A stretch of DNA of 64,000 nucleotides. Origin: Octopus vulgaris (taxonomy: Eukaryota). The stretch spans positions 45,446,001 through 45,510,000 of the forward strand of contig OX597821.1 of assembly GCA_951406725.2 (NCBI GenBank). The letters run 5' to 3'. The notes beneath the pieces are model-generated. The model saw only the letters and a list, made by a program, of their open reading frames with translations. It did no database searches and was not told the DNA's origin. The number at the start of each line of letters is the position of its first letter. The first letter of the stretch is position 1. The position numbers and the translations under genes were made by a program. Shown one piece after another: positions 54,308 through 64,000 of this stretch.

Positions 54308-55102
54308 GTGTGTGAATATAAAATTGAAGAAATTGGAGTGAAGAAGAAGGAGTACAGGTGGACATTTATTTGTTATTCACTACAATTGTTTCGGCACAGT
54401 GTAGTTCTCCAAGAATACAGGTATTTGATTATGTAACTGTTTGTTTGCATAATGAGATCTAGTTGTTCTTCCTTTGGTGATATATGAGTGTTGTCTCCGT
54501 TAGTTTAAAATCGTCAACGTCAAGGCCATCTTCTCTGTTCGTCGTGGTTTGAATTTAGTAGTGGCTGATAGACTTCTGGTGTTTGCCGTGAGAGCTATGA
54601 ATGGTAGTAGATGGTACTGGCTGGCATTTAAATGGGATTGGTCTTTTATTTGTTTATATCTCTGGTCTGTTCTTCATTGTTGGCTATACATGTTAATTTC
54701 TTAGGCTGATCTACATGTGTAGCCAACCATGAAGAACATGAAGAACAAATAAAAGACCAATCCCACTTAAATGCCAGCCAGTACCATTTATTATCATTCA
54801 CAGCAGTCCGACAAATGCGATTTCGCGGCAAACACCATGGGTCTCTCAGCCACAACTAAGTTTAAACCACGACAAACAGAAAAGATGGTCTTGAAGTCGC
54901 CGATTTTAAACTAATGGAGATAACACTCGTATATTGCCTGAGGAAACACAGATCTCATTATGCAAACAAACAGTTGCATAATCAAATACCTGTATTCTTG
55001 GAGCACTACGTTGCGTCGAAACAATTGTAGCAAATAATAAACAAATGTCCAACAGTACTCCTTCTTCTTGACTCCAATTTCTTCAATTTTACATTCACAC
55101 AC
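54308..55102. mobile_element. Imperfect palindromic (fold-back) element, about 790 bp
   Basis: gtgtgtgaatataaaattgaagaaattggag... mirrored by ...ctccaatttcttcaattttacattcacacac; centre near 54700. Confidence 0.88.
54934..55033 (+). ncRNA. Hammerhead ribozyme-like motif in the right arm of the fold-back
   Basis: ttgc CTGAGGA aacaca...tgcgtc GAAA CAATTG TA gcaa. Stem I 4 bp; stem II restorable by two A-to-G reversions. Confidence 0.55.
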
Positions 55103-55397
55103 GATGAATGTCCAAACTTAAACTTGGAAGTATATAATAATACTACCGATAGTACTGGGTAATTCTGAAGGTAGAAGAGCTTTATACTGTACTCTACCAC
55201 GTTTCAAACGGAATATAACATGGATCGAGTTTTTTTCATTCACAAAATGTGCCCTCTTTAGTTTTGCTCAGATTGTTTTCAATTTTGATGTATCAATGCA
55301 ACTCTGAATTTTGATTACGATCAACCAATTACTTTATCTTGTAAATTAAAGAATCTGATGTTATTTGGAATTAAAGTTGGGAAATTTGGGTAATTTT

Positions 55398-55445
55398 AGC
55401 CAATCAACAGACAGTGAGGCATTAACAGCTTGTTATCATGACAAC
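55398..55445. promoter_or_regulatory. CCAAT box next to an RFX X-box-like palindrome
   Basis: agccaatca at 55398; GTTATCATGACAAC at 55432-55445 fits GTHNYY-AT-RRNAAC. Confidence 0.3.
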
Positions 55446-55779
55446 CGCACATTGTGTTGTGTCCACCCGCATGTTGTGTTGATTCTTCACACCACGTGTT
55501 TTGTTTTGATGAAAATTTATAAATATTTTTCGCCAAAATAGCAAAAGTTGTATGCGACGTTTATACAGTTTCTTGACATTATGAAGGTTAATGGAATATG
55601 TGAACTTAGTACAGATAATTTGACATATTTTTGAATCCTACATGCAAAAACATATAAGATACAGGTATTCTTTTTCTTGGGACAAATTCTTTGTTGACCA
55701 GTGTTATTCTTATAATACTTTACAAATCCAAGCATGAAAACGTTATTCAACTTTAAACATTTGGAAACAGACACCCCCT

Positions 55780-55832
<53 letters not shown>

Positions 55833-55933
55833 CACTTATATATTATTGATGTACACAAATATATAACAGGTAATCATAATACTAAAATACGCATAAAGTA
55901 AACACATGCAGACAAATATATTAGTACAGTTCT

Positions 55934-56000
<67 letters not shown>

Positions 56001-56172
56001 AAGTTGAAAAGCACTGTAATTCATTTAGATGTTTTATTTTTGAAAATTAAAGAAATCTGTGAAACTGGTTAAATCTTTGAGAAATTTTTAAAAATCTAAA
56101 CAAATCGCAGTGCATTTTTCAACTTCTTTTTTATATATTTCTACCCTTTCTACCCAAGTAAAATATAACTTT

Positions 56173-56221
<49 letters not shown>

Positions 56222-56479
56222 TGAGTATTGCATGAAGGCACCAAACATGTTTAAAAAATGGTGTCTGAGATGGTTTTAATATAATTAGTATTACAAATTT
56301 AAAAAAAATAATAAAACATACAATCAATGAAGAGACAAAAAGAAACAGTAAGATGATATGTGTTAATTTCATTTGGTATTTCTGTTTATTTAGAAACTTA
56401 CAAAGAAGAGGTCATTTCACAGACGCTAAACTATAAATTTCACAGGGTACAACCTTAAAGTTGACACTGCTAAACATAG

Positions 56480-57090
56480 AAAATTTCTGTCTTGCTTTTG
56501 ACTATAAATACACAGTTTTTTCATTTTTTAAAACTTAAAATGAACAGCAAAAGACTTTGGCTAAAGAAATGTCTTCTGAGGAGGAGGAAGGAAAGGAGGA
56601 TGTCCCAAGTTTTCGAATCAAAGAAATTTGTGCTAAATAGGGTGATGTGCAAAGTTTTGTGGAAAAATATCACCCTGAAACAGTTGTAGCAAATAGAGCA
56701 GTAAACTTTTTCAATGACAATGCCATGTCTCATTTTATAAAAATTTTACAACGCAGGCAAAAACAACATTGGACAAATTTTTACTGAAAGTAAAAAGAAA
56801 AGAAGCCCCAGAGAAACATTTACCCCCGAAGAAACCCCGAAAGACAGTTACCAGAAGAATTTTTATGGAAATAACACACTTTTGTATGTTATTTACAGTT
56901 TGAGTAAACGTTTTTATACTAAAATATATCGCGTAGGCATGTAAATAAGCATTCATCTGCTGCTTGGAAACGAGCTAATCTCTTTTACATTAATTGTAAT
57001 GGGAAAAAATGATTCGGTTCTCGAACAGTTCGGTTTTTAGAACAGACTTTCAGAACAAATTATGGTCGAGAACCGAGGTTGTTCTGTATA
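56480..57090 (+). mobile_element. pogo/Tigger-like element, right end
   Basis: Ends ttcggttctcgaac...cgagaaccgaggttgttctg-TA, like a pogo-type TIR; decayed transposase tail upstream. Confidence 0.5.
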
Positions 57091-57239
57091 GTATTTATTT
57101 AATTGATTTCTAAGGAAGTTTCCAATTGCTCTCTATTACATGATATTCAGTCATTACGGTTAATGTAATCTCGTACAGCTATAATTTAAATTAGGTACAC
57201 TGAATGTAATACTCACTTGTTTCTTTTTCTCCTTAAAGT

Positions 57240-57640
57240 TCATGGTCCTTTCCCCAATGGCTATAGAATTGTCGTCTTTTTTGCTTACGAAAACTTTTAT
57301 CTTACCTAAGTTTACTCCGAAGTCTTTTGTTTCTGAGATTTGCTTCTACGACTGAACTGGAGTTTCTTTTTATATTCTCCATTAATTAAGCGCAATGAAA
57401 AGCAAGTCATCAGCAGACAAGATTTTGCATAAATGGCTAGTTCTAAGCTCTCTTTGTATGACCTATAGGAATATGATAATCAATATAACCAAGGCCTAGT
57501 GGGCATCTGTTTGCACACTAAATTCTTTGATTCTTTTAAAAATCTGACATTTTGTTGGTTGTGTCTCTGTACATAGCTCTAACAACTTTCCAGAACCATT
57601 CAGCTACATCAGTTGTTCTTAACTGGAATCCATATCACTC
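57240..57640 (-). mobile_element. Old RTE RT remnant
   Basis: Minus strand ...VRAMYR...KILSADDL. Confidence 0.5.
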
Positions 57641-57941
57641 TGGTGAGGAAGACCATTCAAGATTTTGCTACTAGACTTTATGTGCAATAAATTGGTTATA
57701 CTTCTAAAATACACCAAATATTTTAACAATTTTAAAATACAATTCCTAACAATATTTAGTTATAAAAATATGATAGGACTTTTTAAGCATTGAATGGTTA
57801 TGAGGATTCAGCCGAGTAAAAGAGGAATCAAAGTTTCCAGAGGTAAAAAGGATGGTAGAGAACCACTGATCTACATTTAATTTTCTTCGTGACAACCAGG
57901 GAATACAGTGTAATATAATGCAAAGGACCATTTATAGGACG

Positions 57942-59400
57942 ATTCTAAGTAACTTGATACCTGGTAATTTCACTCCCGGTATTTTGACTCCGGTAATTTG
58001 ACCCTCAGTAGTTTGAATGCCTGTCAATTTCACTCTCGGTAATTTCACTCCTAATATCAGAAAAAATAAAACATTGAAATTCAATATTAGTGTTATTGTT
58101 GTTGTTGACAACGACGACGACGATGATGATGATGTTGATGATGATGATGATTTTCAGAGTAATTTAGTTAATTGAAAGTATCATTTCAGTCATCCATTCG
58201 GATGTTTTATTTAAAAAGTTTACAGGCGTAGGAGTGGCTGTGTGGTAAGTAGCTTGTTTACCAACCACATAGTTCCGGGTTCAGTGTCTTCTACTATAGC
58301 CTCGGGTCGACCAAAGCCTTGTAAGTGGATTTGGTAGACGGAAACTGAAAGAAGCCCAACGTATATATATATATGTGTGTGTTTGTGTGTCTGTGTTTGT
58401 CCCCCTAGCATTGCTTGACAACCGATGCTGGTGTGTTTATGTCCCCGTAACTTAGCGGTTCGGCAAAAGAGACCAATAGAATAAGTACTAGGCTTACAAA
58501 GAATAAGTCCTGGGGTCGGTTTGCTCGACCAAAGGCGGTGCTCCAGCATGGCCGCCCAAATGACTGAAACAAGTAAAAGAGTAAAAGAGGGTAGGTTTAC
58601 CCGTGATCCATCCCTACCTCATTCGTTACTTAAAAAGGAAATATACATACACCATGCTTCACGTTTTTAACAGTACCCGCGGAAGAAAGAATCTTGTGGA
58701 TGATATGAATTACATATATGAAGCACAGAAACAAAATGCCGATGGATCTAAGACTTACTGGAAATGAAAGATTAAGTCCTGTAAAGCTTAAGTCCATACC
58801 ATGATATACGATGAAGATTATACCATAATTAAGCACGTTGGTGTACATTATCATGCGTGCGAGGTAGAAGAATTAGAGAACGAAGGTCTTCTCCTTTGTT
58901 TCCCGTTTATAGTTGGAACGTCCGCTTCAGAACAGAATCGGATATGCTTCGCACTAATAACCGTTTAAAGGGATATCACAAAGTTCTTGCTTACATCCGA
59001 ATCTATGAAAATTAATTACTGCATTGAAAAGGGAAGAAGACTTGGCACAACTGAGAAAGGTTGAATTTGATCGAGGTGACATCTGCGATACCAAAAACAA
59101 AATGTATAAAGCTATAAACAAACGGCTGCAGATAATTATTGAGCAATATAGTTCCGAAAATAAGATGGATATTTTACGAGCAATAATAGCTCATAGCCTT
59201 CATCATTATTAAAGCTTTTAGTGGTATTTTTATGTTTTACTGTACTTTTTATTTTATTTTTATTCAACGTTTTATTTTTTTCTAATACCAGGAGTGAAAT
59301 TATCTAGAGTAAAATTGACTAGCAGTCAAATTACCGGTAGTCAAATTACCGGAGTCAACATACCGAGTGTGAAATTACCAGATGAAATTACCGGCTACCC
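57942..59400 (+). mobile_element. Internally deleted Mutator-like element (MULE)
   Basis: TIRs of about 130 bp built from ggtaatttcactc units; tataggacg at 57933-57941 and 59401-59409; remnant RTNNRLKGYH...PNL*KLITALKREE. Confidence 0.8.
58222..58590 (+). mobile_element. SINE family A nested in the MULE
   Basis: aggcgtaggagtggctgtgtggtaagtagc...aagtaaaagagtaaaagag. Confidence 0.9.
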
Positions 59401-59747
59401 TATAGGACGCCTACTTTCTACGCATGAAATAATGCTTTTAAAATTTGGTTTGAATAACTGGAATTGCCTGGAAAGTTTTGAAATAATTTACGCCTCGTTA
59501 ACAGATATAGAAAATTAGTTTGCTTGCTAAAAAAACGTCTATGGGAAAATGATCATTTGCACTGGAGATATTTATTAAAAACATTTGAATATTCAATCAA
59601 ATGTATATAACTCTATATATATAACACACACACACAGACGCATTCATACATAGTTATAAATATGATCTATATCTATGTATCATATTATATGTTATATTGG
59701 TGCAAAGGTCCGCAGATCGGAACTACGCTCTGCTAAAGTACTATTTA

Positions 59748-59918
59748 TAGGCGCAGGAGTGGCTGTGTGGTAAGTAGCTTGCTTACCAACCATATGGTTC
59801 TGGGTTCAGTCCCACTGTGTGGCACCTTGGGCAAGTGTCTTCTACTATAGCCTCGGGCCGACCAAAGCCTTGTGAGTGGATTTGGTAGACGGAAACTGAA
59901 AGACGCCCGTGGTATACA

Positions 59919-60012
<94 letters not shown>

Positions 60013-60240
60013 TGTATGTATGTATGTATGTATGTGTATGTTTGTGTATCTGTGTTTGTTACCCCAACATCGCTTGACAACCGATGGTGGTGTGTTTACG
60101 TCCCTGTAACTTAGTTGTTCGGCAAAAAAGATAGAATAGGTACTAGGCTTACAAAGACTAAGTCCTGAGGTCGATTTGCTCGACTAAAGGTGGTGCTCCA
60201 GTATGGCCGCAGCCAAATGACTGAAACAAGTAAAAGAGTA
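59748..60240 (+). mobile_element. SINE family A, full-length copy
   Basis: ggcgcaggagtggctgtgtggtaag (A box) ... gggttcagtccc (B box) ... ccttgggcaagtgtctt (CORE-like) ... internal (TA)n(TATG)n ... tail. Further copies at about 60680-61010 (-) and 61329-61717 (+). Confidence 0.92.
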
Positions 60241-60245
60241 TGCAT

Positions 60246-60416
60246 CAGAGCTGGCTAAAAGTATCGGCAACTCGGGCAGTCTCCCGGGGCGCCATGTGCT
60301 AGGCAGGGGAGGTGCCAAGGAGGCGTGACGAAAAGCAGGAAACTTCCACGACCGCCAGCTTCTACACACCGTAGTTCAGCTTGCCCTGGGTGCAAACAAC
60401 TCTAGGCCCGGCTCTG
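60246..60416. mobile_element. 171-bp GC-rich hAT (Tip100-like) MITE
   Basis: TIR cagagctgg / ccggctctg; 8-bp TSD gtatgcat / atatgcat. Confidence 0.75.
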
Positions 60417-61741
60417 ATATGCATAATATATACGTATGTTATATAAATATAATATATTTCGCCATGATAGATGGTTAGCCACTACACACATTATTTTTCT
60501 CTCCTTGTTTTTTTCTGTGTCCCTTTCTGTAGAAGAGTGTAGGCTCGAAACGTAAAAGACTTTTTCTATTCCTGAGCGTTATACTAATACATCTGTTTGT
60601 TTTGTACACCACCTGTCTTCGCCTTTTGTTTTTTTTTCGTGAACTCTTCCTATATATAATATATATTTTTTTATCTTTTGCATGGTTCACTTACTAGACA
60701 GTGGTAATGCTAAAGTACCGCCTTGAAGTATTTTTGTCGAACGAATCGACCCCACTACTTATTTTTTTAAAAGCCTGATACTTATTCCGACGAACTTTAA
60801 TGCCGAACCGCTAAGGTACAGGTGCGTTAAAACACCAACGCCAGTTGTCCAGCGATAGTGTGAGAAAAACACAAATACAAAAACAAACATACACACACAC
60901 ACACAGATACATGGGCTTCTTTCCACTCACAAGGTGCCAGGCAGTGGGAATGAACCTAGAACCATGTGATTGGGAAACAAACTTCATACCACACAGCCAT
61001 GCCTGGTCGCGCGCGCACACACACACACAGTACTATTATATACGTGTTTGTATATGAATATTACATAACCAAGATATATTGTACTGTGTGTCATGGTATA
61101 TATGCATATAGATGATATATTATTAATATATATATATAGCACAATAGAATATGTGTGCTGGCTTGTATATATTCATATATGAACATACACTCTCACCAAC
61201 ATATTTACATACACACACCCATATATATGCACATGCATACATATACATATTCATACATCTACAAATGCATGCATATACATATATAAAGTGTATATAGTTT
61301 ATACTGCATCGATATTGTATATATATTATGGCTGTGTGGTAAGAAGTTTGCTTCTCAACTACATGGTTCCAGGTTCAGTCCTACAGCGTGTCACATTGGG
61401 CAAGTGTCTTCTAAAGCCTTGGGAGCGGATTTGGAAGATGGAAACTGAAAGAAGCTCATCGTGAATGCATGTGTGTGTGTGTGTGTGTGTGTCTTGTGTA
61501 TGTGCTTGTGTATGCCCCAGCTTACCGCTTGACAACCAAGGTTAGTGTATTTAAGTCCCCGTAATATAGCGGTTCGGCAAAAGAGACCGATAGAATAAGT
61601 ACCAGGCTTCAAAAATATTAAATACTGGGATGAATTCACTTTACTAAAAATTGTTGAAGGCGCTGCCCCTGCATGGCCTCAGTCTAATGACAGGGACAAG
61701 TAAAAAAATAAAAGAATGAAATATAGTACAAAATATGTATG

Positions 61742-61810
<69 letters not shown>

Positions 61811-63691
61811 GTGTTTGTGCGTGCGTGCGTGTGTGTGTGTGTATAATGCGTGACAAGCACATTACTACTCCGCATGCGGTGTCAATAAAATGGCACGTGA
61901 AGACAAACACAAGTATGCACGTAAGCACACTCATACATGCATCATGTGCACACACATACGCACGCATACACACACATATACACATTATAGGGGAAAGTGG
62001 TTAGTTGGAAGGTAGGATAAGCTGAATCGCTTCTTTTTTTTTTTTTCAGTAGAAACAAAGAACCTGGTAATGACTGTGCTGCCATCTCGTGACTGCCTGC
62101 CATACTGCCTTTCCGCCATATTGCTATCAATTCAATATAGAATATTTTCCAACTTACAGAAAGCTCGTTGTATTTGCTTTACGTCTTCAAGTAAAATATT
62201 TACTTTTCAGAAATATTCTGTTTATTTAGCAAATACTACATCAGCGTTTTTTTGTTTTGACTGTGTAGCAGAAATTGGAATGAGGGCAGTAAGAAATTTA
62301 CCTGTTCCAATGTGTGTTGCGTGCACTGCTTTATTGGGGTCATTATGACAAAGTGCTCCATGATGAGAGGGATATTTCAGTAATAAGGAGGATGTGTCAG
62401 TTCCAACTGACCGCTATCATTAATACGCTGGCACGTGTAGGGAAGTTTAATATCTACAGGAGGTTAGGGAAAATTGAATATATGAGTAAACTTTAGTATC
62501 TTAAAATATACGATACTTCAGTATTGAGTGAAGAATGGAAGCACCGGCAAAGGCTGGATGTACAATTCTCTTAAGAAACACAACGACAGGAAAATGGAGA
62601 GCCTTCATATATATATATAGGGATGGGAGAATATATTCTTGTGCATTTTGCAAGGGGGAAATGGCTCAGTATTATGTTGCATTGGTTGCTGAAATCGTGG
62701 ATAATGATGAGGTAAAAACAAAATTTTAACGGTATTCCGAGCAATGACTTTGTGGTAGCTAATTCACATATGTAGACATGAAGGTAAGGACATTGGAATT
62801 ACTCTGCTTGCTCCGTACAGCATTGGAAGAACAAGTTATCGTCGAGTTAGAAACCGAAACCTGTGTTTCTTGTTGATCTAACAACCTACAAGTCAGAGTA
62901 AACAAGGACTAACTGTGGACCAATTTATTGGTGATAAATCAAAGTGACAATTATTCCTAGTGGAAGTTTATCTGATAAAATACATCGTTGGAATTGTATA
63001 TTGAAATCACGTCATCATTATTCTTGAATTGTCCTATAATTACTAGCGTTCCAATGTATTCTCACATCATGTTCTAAGTTAATTCGTTGTGGGGCAAGCT
63101 GGAATGTTTAGATTTGGCTCACAAACATTATTTTTCTTTTGAATCTATGTAAGGCTTTGCTGAACCAGCTTGCTAAATATGTCGTAAAAGAATCTATATA
63201 TAAAATAGATGATAAGTGACAGATTTATCAATATGTCAAGATTTTGAAAATAAACATTTTTATGAAATGTGTTTCAACTAACGCCACCCGTCTCAATATA
63301 TGATTATACATACAAGGGTGTTACAAAAGTTTTAGGCCAACATACTTAGCGACATGACAGTAGATTGACACTCAGAGAAAGTTTAAAAAGAAAAAAAAGG
63401 GGGAGGGGACGTTTCGAGCATGATTCATCGTCAGAGAGAAGAAAGAGGGAAAAGTCCAGGGAGAAGGATAAGAATAGTCCGAGGAAGGCACGGGTGTCAT
63501 TACATGGCTGAAAAATAACTGGCCGAAAGAGGAGAGAGATAGAAACTAACCGGAAGACAGGAGAGTGCGAAAATGGCCCGTGTGTGTGTTTTTATACGTT
63601 CGTATGTATATGTATGTATGTGTCTGTCTGTCTACATATGTATGTGTGTGTGCGTATTTGAATATGCATATTAATTTGTGTATATATATAT

Positions 63692-63734
<43 letters not shown>

Positions 63735-64000
63735 TACATAGTTTACTTTCCTTTTAAGGTATGATTAGCACCCCCCCCAAAAAAAACCCCAAAACAATCC
63801 ATCAGGTGAGAAATAAATGTTGCTTAATGTACATAAAATATAGTTTGAGCTACTAATAGCTTCATACAATAGAGATGTTATCTAGCCAGTGTCCCGAAGC
63901 AAGCTTCAGCCCGAGGATTGCTTGGAGGCAGAAGGTGTTTTAGTAAAAGTTGCCTAGATAACATCTCCAATGTATAAGACTATAAATTGCTCATAACCAT

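Noticed and set aside
60184-60420. GC-rich segment as a promoter or small ORF
   Set aside because: It is bounded by TIRs and an 8-bp TSD, so it is a hAT-type MITE.
62030-63000. Possible second host gene
   Set aside because: No coherent exon chain or recognisable protein; only faint LINE-like remnants, too decayed to call.

Overview
AT-rich, microsatellite-dense eukaryotic genomic DNA. The SINE and LINE families look like those of an octopus (coleoid cephalopod); this is inferred, not shown. One protein-coding gene can be rebuilt by hand: the last nine + strand coding exons (1695-49152, all GT-AG, phases consistent, about 381 aa then TGA) of a ceramide kinase family gene most like CERKL. Its 5' exons lie upstream of the window. 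The rest is mostly transposon debris: three tRNA-derived SINE families; RTE, R4/Dong-type, CRE-type and Penelope-like retroelements; mariner, pogo, hAT, MULE, Merlin and Helitron remnants; and minisatellites. Best leads: (1) the kinase departs from the CERK consensus at four motif codons, each revertible by A-to-I editing, and ends in a CaaX-like motif; (2) several Penelope-type minimal hammerhead ribozyme motifs and long fold-back elements; (3) an RTE LINE copy with twin-priming geometry. Most ORFs in the supplied track are microsatellite or transposon artefacts.
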